From assembly GCA_041639695.1 (NCBI GenBank), contig JBEQBQ010000008.1, forward strand, positions 1 to 43,892: 43,892 bases of DNA, in the 5' to 3' direction. The stretch comes from Candidatus Nanohaloarchaea archaeon (lineage in GTDB: Archaea > Nanohalarchaeota > Nanosalinia > Nanosalinales > Nanosalinaceae). Numbering within the stretch: the stretch's first letter is position 1; the number at the start of each line of letters is the position of its first letter. The notes under the pieces are model-generated. The model was given only the letters and a program-made list of their open reading frames with translations. It had not been told where the DNA came from and did no database searches. Below are positions 9,751 to 18,268 of the stretch, in pieces. Both the position numbers and the translations under genes were made by a program.

Positions 9751-9834
9751 ATGAGCTAGGACATCCCAACTCGATTTAAAAGGTTTTCTATAGGTTGGCG
9801 GTTGTTGAAAAGTCTTCTCGACTAGAAAATTAGT

Positions 9835-10932
9835 ATGGAAGAGAGAGGATGGAAAATCTTCGCACCCGAGGAAGACGAACCTGGTAAAGACTCAGATGTC
9901 TTCTTTAACGACGAAATGAAGACTAACAGAGACATCTCCAGGATCGCTCTAAAAGTGTTCAGAGAGAAGATAGACGTCGAAGAGTTCCGTATATGTGACC
10001 CTCTCTCCGCATCCGGAATAAGAGGCTTCCGCTACTCCGCCCTCGGAAAACTATACTTAAACGACACCAACCCGGAAGCAGTAGACTCCATAGAGAAGGG
10101 ACTGGAGGAAAATAACATCGAAGCACAAGTATATAATGAGGATGCGAACGTTTTGCTCTCCGAGAACAGAAACCTCTTCCACTTTATAGATATAGATCCT
10201 TTCGGACCTTTCAACAGGTTCCTGGACTCTACTGCTAGAGCTTCAAACCACCAGAGCTTTGTGGGTTTGACCGCTACAGATCTGGCTGCTCCAGCCGGAA
10301 GCTACAAGAAAACGTGTATGAGGCGTTACAGCTCGAAACCGTTGAAAAACTCGTTCATGCACGAGACCGGGCTCCGCATATACATTAAAGAGGTTTTCCA
10401 GAACTACGCACGTTTTGACAAGTGCTTCGACCCCAAGATCTGCTGGCACGAACAGCATTACTCAAGAGTCATGGGAAGAGTAACAGAGTCAAAGAAGAGA
10501 ACCAACCGCACACTAGATAATATAGGATATCTTTCGTTCTGTCCCGAGTGTAGATGGAGGAAGCTTGAGAGTAAAGAGGAATGCGGACACTGCGGTACCG
10601 AAACTAAGATCGCAGGACCTCTATGGACAGGGAAAATTGTTGACCGAAGATTTACGAAAGATATGATTGAGGAAATGCCTGAAAACTGGGAGGATGCGAA
10701 ACAACTTGTTAAAAGAATTCATAGCGAGGCAGAGATTCTTACACCGTTTTATGACCTTCACAAGTTGAGCTCCAACCTAAGTATTCAGGTTCCTAGACGT
10801 GAGAAAGTTCTTGGTTTACTGGAGGACAAGGGTTATCCTGTTTCGAGAACCCATTTCTCTCCCACAGGTTTCAGGACTGACGCGCCTCTAGAAGACATTC
10901 GAAAGGTTCTGAGAGAAGCATCAACAGAATAA
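9835..10932 (+). CDS. trm1: tRNA (guanine26-N2)-dimethyltransferase
   Basis: VFFN...NRD, LSASGIRG, IDIDPFG, TATD, CxxC...CxxC, GPLWTG, RTHFSPTGFRTDA. Confidence 0.93.
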   Translation: MEERGWKIFAPEEDEPGKDSDVFFNDEMKTNRDISRIALKVFREKIDVEEFRICDPLSASGIRGFRYSALGKLYLNDTNPEAVDSIEKGLEENNIEAQVYNEDANVLLSENRNLFHFIDIDPFGPFNRFLDSTARASNHQSFVGLTATDLAAPAGSYKKTCMRRYSSKPLKNSFMHETGLRIYIKEVFQNYARFDKCFDPKICWHEQHYSRVMGRVTESKKRTNRTLDNIGYLSFCPECRWRKLESKEECGHCGTETKIAGPLWTGKIVDRRFTKDMIEEMPENWEDAKQLVKRIHSEAEILTPFYDLHKLSSNLSIQVPRREKVLGLLEDKGYPVSRTHFSPTGFRTDAPLEDIRKVLREASTE

Positions 10933-11000
10933 AGCGATCTAAACCTCTTCCCTGTTGTAGGCAAAGATTTTTAAATCCATCGGTTACAGCTTTTACTGTA

Positions 11001-11456
11001 ATGGGCTGGAGAAGAGCAACTACAGCGAGAGAAATCTCTAAGAATGCTAAAATAGAAGAAAGAGAGAATCTGGAACGTTTTCTTGAGGAAACAGAGGCAA
11101 ATCTGCCTTCTGAAGCAGAAGCACTTATTTATGATGGCGAAGAGACGTATGGGCCTTTTGAGCAAGAACTTCCAGACGAAGAAGAACTTAACTACGAGTT
11201 TGAAGGAACAGTCACTGTACTAAACACCTCAACCGTGGAATTCACATCGGCAGCTAGTGGTAGAGAGCCGGTAGAAGCCTATGCCGACGGCAAAGTGCAA
11301 ATCAGGGGAGAGGAATACGAAAAAGAATTCCGGCTGGAAGAGTTCTACCAGAGTCCCGCAACCAATATCTTTCACTGGGACTACTCCAAGCAAGATGAGC
11401 AAACAGAATCCTATACTACGGCCGATACCGGAAAAGCTGAAGCAGGATCTGACTGA
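11001..11456 (+). CDS. Hypothetical acidic protein
   Basis: 151-aa ORF, TATA-like TTTTAAA about 27 nt upstream, halophile-type composition. Confidence 0.7.
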   Translation: MGWRRATTAREISKNAKIEERENLERFLEETEANLPSEAEALIYDGEETYGPFEQELPDEEELNYEFEGTVTVLNTSTVEFTSAASGREPVEAYADGKVQIRGEEYEKEFRLEEFYQSPATNIFHWDYSKQDEQTESYTTADTGKAEAGSD

Positions 11457-11486
11457 GAAACAAATTAAATAGGAAAATTAAATAAG

Positions 11487-11508
11487 AAAGACCGCGTTAG
11501 CGGCTTTT
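11487..11508. terminator. Hairpin between convergent genes
   Basis: AAAG-A-CCGC-GTTA-GCGG-CTTT(T) between the 3' ends of two genes. Confidence 0.4.
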
Positions 11509-12623
11509 TAGTTGCTCTTTTCTTCGAGTTCTTCTTCGAGTCCGAGCTTCTCTGCTAGTTCCTTGTAGCGGTTCCTGATCGTGACTTCTGTGACTCCAAC
11601 TACGTCTGCAACTTCTCTCTGTGTTCTCTTCTCTCCTTCTAGGACTGCGGCGATGTAGAGTGATGCTGCTGCGAGACCTGTTGGTCCTTTTCCTGAGAGA
11701 AGGTCTCTTTCTCTTGCTTCTTTCAGGATGTTTCTTGCTCTTGCCTGGACCTCTCCTGATAGCTGGAGTTTTCCAGCGAATCTTGGTACGTAGTCCTGTG
11801 GCTTTGCAGGAAGGATTCTAAGTCCAAGTTCTCTTGCGACGTACCTGTAAGCTCTTCCGATCTCTCTTTTCTCGATTCCGGATGCTTCTGAGATCTCGTC
11901 CAGAGTTCTTGGTGTTCCCTGTTTTCTTGCGACGATGTAGAGCAGTGCAGAGATGATGGATTCCATCGATCTTCCTCTAACAAGTCCTTGGTCGACTGCC
12001 TTTTCGTATAGGCGTGCGACTTCTTCGTGGACTGATTCAGGAAGGTTGAGGTTTGACACCATCGAGTTTAGCTCGGATAGTGCGAAACCAAGGTTTCTGT
12101 CCTTTGACTTGGTGAGTCTTTTGTGCCATTTTCTGAGTCTGTAGTACTGGGCACGTTTGTTTCCGGATACCTTGTAGAGTTCTCCTGAGCCTTTTCCGAT
12201 CTCGGTGGATACTCCCATGTCATGTTTTGTGTAGGTTAGAGGCTGTCCGGCTCTTGCCTTCTTCTCTCTTTCCTGTTCGTTGAAAGCTCTCCATTCTGCG
12301 GATTCGTCGATTCTGTCTTCGTCGATGATTAGCCCACATTCTACACAGGCTAGTTCTCCTTGTGCAGAGTCTTCTTTGAAGCGCTGGCTGCCACATTCCG
12401 GACATGTTAGAACTGTGTCGCCTTCTTCGGCTTCTTCTCTCTTGATTTCGTAGCCTTCTCCTTGTGAAACTGTTTCTTCTTCCTGTTCTGGTTCTTGGTC
12501 GGGTGTTTCGGCTTCTTCCTCTGCTTGTTCTTCTGCTTTTCCGTCCTCGTCTTCTTCCCATTCCTCGGGGATCTGGTAGTCGTCGAACTGTCTCCTTGGT
12601 ACGTTGTGCGAGTGTTCTGTCAT
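11508..12623 (-). CDS. tfb: Transcription initiation factor IIB with acidic N-terminal extension
   Basis: Zn ribbon CPECG...CVECG, B-reader EWRAF, two cyclin repeats, VTEVTIRNRYKEL; SD GGAGG. Confidence 0.96.
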   Translation of the reverse strand: MTEHSHNVPRRQFDDYQIPEEWEEDEDGKAEEQAEEEAETPDQEPEQEEETVSQGEGYEIKREEAEEGDTVLTCPECGSQRFKEDSAQGELACVECGLIIDEDRIDESAEWRAFNEQEREKKARAGQPLTYTKHDMGVSTEIGKGSGELYKVSGNKRAQYYRLRKWHKRLTKSKDRNLGFALSELNSMVSNLNLPESVHEEVARLYEKAVDQGLVRGRSMESIISALLYIVARKQGTPRTLDEISEASGIEKREIGRAYRYVARELGLRILPAKPQDYVPRFAGKLQLSGEVQARARNILKEARERDLLSGKGPTGLAAASLYIAAVLEGEKRTQREVADVVGVTEVTIRNRYKELAEKLGLEEELEEKSN

Positions 12624-12834
12624 AATATTGTTACCTCCTAGACGCGGTGGAGCTAGTTCAGATACATTTCTAATTATATGTTCAACTTGAACGAACTCCT
12701 ATACTTTTAATCAATACCTCCCTTAACTTTATATACCTTTTCACGGGTTTTTTCATCGCTTACTCACAACACCTCTTAGCCATGAATAATAAATGGCTAC
12801 GCCCTACAACCAAATTTTTATGCTGGATGAGGAG

Positions 12835-13890
12835 ATGCGATTCAAAAGAGAAATAATAGGAGTATCCGCCCTCCTCATACTAGGCAGCCTATTCATACTT
12901 TACCCATTTCTAGACGCCATAATATTCGCCATCGCAACCTCCTACCTATTGAGGTCGATGCACAGGAGGCTGAACTCGAAACTTCACAACAACTTCCTGT
13001 CTTCGTTAATTGTGGTCAGTACCATAGTCGGCGTAATATTCCTGGGAACATTTTTGTTCATCAATAACTTCACAGAGGTCTCAAACGCCACCACAGGGGT
13101 GGCAGAAAACATGCAGAACAAAACTCAAGCGGTCATACAGAACCTAGAGACCTCAGAAGACGTAAAAATGCAGCTCCAAAACCAGCTGGACAAACTTCTC
13201 GAGCCCGAGAATGTCAGAAGCCATCTTGAAGGTATAATAGCGTCTCTACCCGGTTTATTCATAGACCTCGGCATATTCCTCGTGACCGCCATCTATCTAT
13301 TCCGAGACGGAACAGACCTGAAACGAAAATTCTTCTCACTGGTAGAGGATCTACCCGACAACGAGGAGAAAATTGTCCGAACACTGACAACATCGATAGA
13401 CTCCATATTCAGAGGTGTATTCCTTACCCAGTTTACAGTAGCCGCGATACTTGGTCTAATAACAGGAATAGGATTCTACCTCATAGGCTCAATAACAACA
13501 CCAATACCATTCACAATTCTATGGGCGGTACTAATCGGAATAGCAGCCCTAATGCCTCTATTTGCGGCATTCATGATCTACGGACCAATAGGATTCTACT
13601 ACCTGTTTGTCGGCATGCCGGTTAAAGGAACACTGATCCTGGCATTCGGAACAATCGTGCTTAACGTCCTTCCAGAAGTATTCCTGAGGCCTTACGTAGG
13701 TTCAAAACAGATGAACGAGCACCCTCTAATCATATTCATAGGATTTATAGCCGGACCGCTTACTCTCGGTCTCAAAGGTCTTGTACTCGGACCAGTATTG
13801 TTGATCCTTTCAAAGGACTTCATTATGAACTACAGCGAACTCGTCTCCGATCTGGAATCGAGCCGCAGCGAGGACACTGAGAATCAGTAA
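12835..13890 (+). CDS. AI-2E (PerM/UPF0118) family transporter
   Basis: Multi-TM protein; FLRPYV...HPLIIFIGFIAG...G.KGLVLGP signature. Confidence 0.88.
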   Translation: MRFKREIIGVSALLILGSLFILYPFLDAIIFAIATSYLLRSMHRRLNSKLHNNFLSSLIVVSTIVGVIFLGTFLFINNFTEVSNATTGVAENMQNKTQAVIQNLETSEDVKMQLQNQLDKLLEPENVRSHLEGIIASLPGLFIDLGIFLVTAIYLFRDGTDLKRKFFSLVEDLPDNEEKIVRTLTTSIDSIFRGVFLTQFTVAAILGLITGIGFYLIGSITTPIPFTILWAVLIGIAALMPLFAAFMIYGPIGFYYLFVGMPVKGTLILAFGTIVLNVLPEVFLRPYVGSKQMNEHPLIIFIGFIAGPLTLGLKGLVLGPVLLILSKDFIMNYSELVSDLESSRSEDTENQ

Positions 13891-14281
13891 CTTTCTTCCC
13901 ACAGTTAGAACATCTCAACTCCCACCTGTACTTTTCCTCGGTCTTGGAATCAAGAAACCCTTTAAAATCTGCTTCAAGATGAAGCGCCAAGTTCTGCAGA
14001 GGTTTATCGTCAGTAAACAGCTTGGTCTTCATATCCATAGCAAGCGCCAGAAGCTTCTCGTCCTCACTAGATGTAGGAGAATTTATCTCATCTGATATCG
14101 ATCTTACCTTGTTGAGGGCCTGTTCAGAAGGGTTTCTTACCTCGTAATCTATATTTCTCAGGTTATTCCGGCCTTTAGAGCTTTCAACCTCTTCAAGCAC
14201 TTCAGGAACCATTATTGCCGTTTCAAATCCGTAGCTTCCCCGTCCATGTATAATTACGTTCGCATCAACGACGGCTTTCAT
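13823..14281 (-). CDS. nob1: Nob1-like PIN-domain rRNA endonuclease
   Basis: VVDAN, PEVLEE, D..LLALA, TDD..LQN, C-terminal CxxC...CxxC Zn ribbon. Confidence 0.88.
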   Translation of the reverse strand: MKAVVDANVIIHGRGSYGFETAIMVPEVLEEVESSKGRNNLRNIDYEVRNPSEQALNKVRSISDEINSPTSSEDEKLLALAMDMKTKLFTDDKPLQNLALHLEADFKGFLDSKTEEKYRWELRCSNCGKKVTDSQCPRCGSIPDRRRVRCSS

Positions 14282-14404
14282 ACAGCCTTGGTTAGAGACC
14301 CATGCTTAAAACCGGTTGGATTCGGTTCAGAAGCGGGTTTTTTCGGTGGATCGGAACCGTTTCATATTAAAAGCTGTTTCGTGAATTCTTCGACGTGATC
14401 TATA

Positions 14405-14605
14405 ATGAGTCTACCTAACGCACCTATCGAAAGAATTATCAGGAAGGCAGGAGCAGAAAGAGTTTCAGAAGGAGCTGTAGAAGAGCTTAAGGATGCTGTC
14501 GAAGAAGTAGGGGAAGAAATTGCACGTGACGCAATCGAAATGGCGGAACACGCAGGAAGGAAAACAGTCAAGGCTTCAGACGTAACTATGTCCGCGGAGC
14601 GATAG
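14405..14605 (+). CDS. Archaeal histone (HMf-type singlet)
   Basis: LPNAPIERIIRKAGAERVS...HAGRKTVKASD. Confidence 0.95.
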   Translation: MSLPNAPIERIIRKAGAERVSEGAVEELKDAVEEVGEEIARDAIEMAEHAGRKTVKASDVTMSAER

Positions 14606-14614
14606 TGATAGAGA

Positions 14615-14998
14615 ATGCCGACACAGATTGAAGCAGGAAAAGTCAGGAACGGCACCTACGTCATGATTGACGGGGAGCCATGCGAAGTAAGAAGCGTTTC
14701 GAAGTCAAGCCCCGGAAAACACGGCAGTGCAAAGGCGAAGATCAAGGCCAAAGAGATCTTCGGCGGCAAGAACAAGCACATCACAAAACCTGTCGACTCG
14801 ATGATGATGTCACCGGACGTAGAGAACAAAGTGGGACAGGTCGTCTCGAAGGAAGGAACCATCGCACAAGTAATGGACATGGACACCTACGAGACCGAAG
14901 AGATGGAGCTTCCTGAAGACCTCACGATCTCCGAAGGAGAAGAGATCGAGTACAAGCAGATTGAAGACAGAAAGCTTTTCGAAGGCAAAAGGGAATAA
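14615..14998 (+). CDS. eif5a: Translation factor aIF-5A
   Basis: SPGKHGSAK hypusine-site motif. Confidence 0.96.
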   Translation: MPTQIEAGKVRNGTYVMIDGEPCEVRSVSKSSPGKHGSAKAKIKAKEIFGGKNKHITKPVDSMMMSPDVENKVGQVVSKEGTIAQVMDMDTYETEEMELPEDLTISEGEEIEYKQIEDRKLFEGKRE

Positions 14999-15071
14999 CC
15001 CCTTTACCTTATTTCTATTTCTACACACCTTTTTTCGAAGGATTAAAGTGGTTCTCCTCAAAGTTTAGTAC

Positions 15072-16418
15072 ATGAACTATCAACGCCTCAGAGAAAAAGT
15101 TCTAGAGCAGCACTACCCAACAAGCGAAGAAATCCAGGAGCTTAAAGACCAGTACCAAGAGATTTCAGAACTTATAGAGTCTGAGTTCGGTCTTGACACA
15201 CATTTCGCCGGAAGTGCGTCACGAGGTACATGCATGAAGGGCGACCGCGACATCGATGTTTTCGTGCTGTTCCCCGAAGGAACAGAGAGAAACACTTTGG
15301 AGGAGAAAGGACTTGAAATAGGTAGAACTGTTTTCGAGAAGATAGGACATGACTACCAAGTAGACTATGCCGAACACCCATATACTAAAGGAGAGATCGA
15401 TGGGCACGAGGTCGAGATCGTTCCATGTATAAATACAGCCCCGGAGACTATCACATCGAGCGTTGACAGAACCCCCCACCACTCCCGCTGGGTAAAGGAA
15501 AACCTGGATGAAGAACTGAGAGAAGACGTTGTAATGCTGAAAAAGTTTCTCAGAGCTGAAGGGATTTACGGCTCTTCACTAAAAGTTGAGGGGTTTTCAG
15601 GCTACCTATGTGAAGTTCTTATTCAGGAATACGGCAGCTTCAAACAGCTTTTAGAAAACGCAGTGGAATGGGACGAGAAACCTGTAATCGATCCTGCCGG
15701 ACACCACGAGCAACTGCCTCCCGAACTGAAACAAAAGTTTAGGAATGAATCTCTTGTGGTTATCGACCCTGTTGACCCTGAAAGAAACGTCGCATCTGTT
15801 TTAAGTAGAGAGAATCTTTCACGTTTTGTATTCACGTGCTGGAAGTTTAACAGGGAGCCCGGAATAAATTATTTCGAATCCGAGGAAAGAAGCTTCACAG
15901 AGTTTGAGGTCAAGCAGGAGGTTCAGGGGAGAGGCGATTTCCTTGTAATGGAGTTTGAAAATGTAGATGAGATAGACGATATCATCTACCCTCAGATGAG
16001 GAAGACGCTTGGAAGACTTGAAGATGAGCTTGAGAAGCGTGACTTCCGAATATTTGAATCCGGTTTTCATGTAGGCGAAGAAACCCGAATCTTCTTTGAA
16101 TTAGAGCGGGAGCTGCCCGAGATTGAGGAGATGAAGGGGCCTAAGCTTTTTCACGGAGAAAAACATGTTGAGGAGTTCTGCTCGAAGTACGGTAATGTTT
16201 TCGTCCAGGAGGACAGGCTTATGGCAAAGGTTGAAAGAGAATTTGTGGACGCAAAGCAGTTCCTACAAGAATTCCTAAATTCGGATCTGGAGAAGAAAGG
16301 TATCCCGGCGAACGTAGCTGCGAACCTTCAAGACTATAGCTTCATCGATCCGCTTGAGGGCGGGGAAAAATGGTTAAATTACTTGGGCGAGAAGCTGAAC
16401 GTAGAGGCTAAACAATAA
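15072..16418 (+). CDS. cca: Class I CCA-adding enzyme
   Basis: GS..RGT...DIDVF, YAEHPY, VDRTPHH, GFSGYLCE, IDPVDPERNVAS. Confidence 0.95.
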   Translation: MNYQRLREKVLEQHYPTSEEIQELKDQYQEISELIESEFGLDTHFAGSASRGTCMKGDRDIDVFVLFPEGTERNTLEEKGLEIGRTVFEKIGHDYQVDYAEHPYTKGEIDGHEVEIVPCINTAPETITSSVDRTPHHSRWVKENLDEELREDVVMLKKFLRAEGIYGSSLKVEGFSGYLCEVLIQEYGSFKQLLENAVEWDEKPVIDPAGHHEQLPPELKQKFRNESLVVIDPVDPERNVASVLSRENLSRFVFTCWKFNREPGINYFESEERSFTEFEVKQEVQGRGDFLVMEFENVDEIDDIIYPQMRKTLGRLEDELEKRDFRIFESGFHVGEETRIFFELERELPEIEEMKGPKLFHGEKHVEEFCSKYGNVFVQEDRLMAKVEREFVDAKQFLQEFLNSDLEKKGIPANVAANLQDYSFIDPLEGGEKWLNYLGEKLNVEAKQ

Positions 16419-16987
16419 TGGGAGAAGTCAACATAATCATAGGTCTTTCAGGAGTTGGAAAAGGAACAGTACTAGAACAGGCGATGCTTATTGCCGACAA
16501 AGACTACGAGATCATTAATTACGGGGATAGAATGGTCGAGATCGCAAAGGACCAGGGTCTCGTAGACTCAAGAGACGACCTAAAGAAACTGGATACAGAC
16601 ACCAATAGAGAAGTTCAGAAGGATGCCGCAGAGTCTATTTTCAAGGATGCCGAGGAGAAAGATGTTATAGTTGAGACTCATGCCGCTATCCAGACACCGT
16701 TCGGTTACCTGCCAGGACTTCCGAAGTGGACGCTTGAGAACCTTGATCCTTCGAAGATAATCATGTTGAGAGCTGAACCGGAAGCTATCTATGAAAGGAC
16801 TATGGAGGATGATTCACGTGACCGCGAACACGAGGAAGTCGACCAGATAAGAGAGTATCAAGAAGTTGCTAGGGAGATGGCGGCAACAGGCTCTGTTTTG
16901 ACAGGCGCCTACCTTTCCATAGTTGAGAACCCTGATGGCAGGGCTGAAAAGGCAGCAGAAGAACTTGTAGAAGTTCTGAGAGGTTAA
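16418..16987 (+). CDS. adkA: Archaeal adenylate kinase
   Basis: GLSGVGKGT P-loop, NYGD, TH...GYLPGLP. Confidence 0.93.
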   Translation: MGEVNIIIGLSGVGKGTVLEQAMLIADKDYEIINYGDRMVEIAKDQGLVDSRDDLKKLDTDTNREVQKDAAESIFKDAEEKDVIVETHAAIQTPFGYLPGLPKWTLENLDPSKIIMLRAEPEAIYERTMEDDSRDREHEEVDQIREYQEVAREMAATGSVLTGAYLSIVENPDGRAEKAAEELVEVLRG

Positions 16988-17691
16988 TCAAGGTAAAGTT
17001 CGGGAGAGAGCACCATTACATAAGTAGTGACCACGGAGCTCAGCAGTCTTCCAAGGATAAATCCTGCCTGTCCAAGCGACTTAACTACGGGCGAGGATGT
17101 GAACCAGAGGCTTGATCCTAACAGAACAAATGAAAGAAGAGTTAGCGCCATAACAGTTTTTCTTTTCTCTTTACTTCCCGAGTAAGATTTTCTCCAGCTT
17201 TCAAGCACGCCTTCTGTCTCCAGTAGAGTAACTGGCATGAAGTAAGATGTGTAAGATAGAAGGAAAACAAGCAAAATCGAAATTAGAGGACCTATTAAGA
17301 TTCCTAGAGTGGTGCCTTGTGTATAGAGAAGTATGCCGGCGGAGGAAGGTAGGCTTATAAGGATTGCCAGTAATAAAAACATAAGACCTGTTTTCAAGAC
17401 TTTAGCTATGTTTTGAGCTGCCTCTACAAAGCCTTTTTTCAGGCCTGAACCGTTCTTTACCATAGATACCAGCATCAGCCACACAAATATTCCTGTGCAG
17501 GATAGAAGGAATAAGCCGAGAAAGCTGGCAGCGATCATGGAAGTACTCATCCTGGTTCCGGCTGCAAACTTGCTTAGAAATACGATAAGGAATGCAGAGC
17601 TTATCAGGCTTGAGATTATTCGGGGTAGGAAGAGTTTTGGGTTGTCTGCCAAGTGTTTAAGACTCTTGCCAAGCACCCCTAGATTGTTCAT
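16984..17691 (-). CDS. Hypothetical multi-pass membrane protein
   Basis: About 6 hydrophobic helices; ESWRKSY motif resembles the 'S.K.S..L' pattern of common membrane domains. Confidence 0.75.
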   Translation of the reverse strand: MNNLGVLGKSLKHLADNPKLFLPRIISSLISSAFLIVFLSKFAAGTRMSTSMIAASFLGLFLLSCTGIFVWLMLVSMVKNGSGLKKGFVEAAQNIAKVLKTGLMFLLLAILISLPSSAGILLYTQGTTLGILIGPLISILLVFLLSYTSYFMPVTLLETEGVLESWRKSYSGSKEKRKTVMALTLLSFVLLGSSLWFTSSPVVKSLGQAGFILGRLLSSVVTTYVMVLSPELYLD

Positions 17692-17751
17692 GTTCGTTTC
17701 TTGGGATCGGGAAGGTTAAATATTCAGGCCTCAGCTTCTTGGTTTTGGTTT

Positions 17752-17833
17752 TGAGTCCATGGAGATCGGTCGATAACGTGAAAGGTTGTCACTGAGAATG
17801 GAACACAGTTTGAAGGGCCTTCAACCGTTTTTT
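17752..17833 (+). ncRNA. Candidate kink-turn-containing small RNA
   Basis: UCCAU-GGA-GA-UCGGU-C-GAUAAC-[GUGAAAG]-GUUGUC-ACUGA-GA-AUGGA hairpin, then ACA, a second hairpin and a U-tract; G-U pairs favour the + strand; no ORF here. Confidence 0.5.
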
Positions 17834-17886
17834 CAGTTGTTATCAATCAAAATGATTAAAAGAGTTGTATTAAATCGTTTAGATAT

Positions 17887-18168
17887 ATGGCGAGCCTTTG
17901 GGACATCGGTAAAAGTACTGAGGAAAAGCTCGCCGATGACTTGAAGAGTAACGGCGAATTTCAGGAAATGGTCGAACAGCATCGGCACAAGTTCGAGGAC
18001 AGGTTCGAGCAAAACATGGACGATGACGTTCCTACACATCCATACAAGATCTACAGGAACATCGTTGAATCAAACGAACTAAGCGACGAAGAGAAAGTAG
18101 CACTTGAACAGATGAAAGACGAATTCTCGGAAAGATGGCAGAACCTGAAGAACCAGAGAACCAACTAA
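17887..18168 (+). CDS. Hypothetical small acidic protein
   Basis: 93-aa ORF with an upstream TATA-like element and its own downstream terminator. Confidence 0.75.
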   Translation: MASLWDIGKSTEEKLADDLKSNGEFQEMVEQHRHKFEDRFEQNMDDDVPTHPYKIYRNIVESNELSDEEKVALEQMKDEFSERWQNLKNQRTN

Positions 18169-18179
18169 CATCGGCGAGC

Positions 18180-18217
18180 AAAGGTCGGGGAGGGGAAATC
18201 CGACCTTTTTATTTTTG
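18180..18217 (+). terminator. Hairpin plus T-tract terminator
   Basis: AAAGGTCGG...CCGACCTTT followed by TTATTTTT. Confidence 0.6.
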
Positions 18218-18268
18218 CCCTATACACTTTACGAAGAGTTTTTGACTATAATCGCTTACTGAATTAAT

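Noticed and set aside
14300-14362. Possible hairpins (CGGTTC...GAACCG) in the nob1-histone divergent spacer
   Set aside because: Short stems with a large loop; could be chance.
17759-17795. Canonical box C/D sRNA reading (AUGGAGA...CUGA)
   Set aside because: Only about 26 nt between the boxes, mostly self-paired, with no room for guides plus C'/D'.
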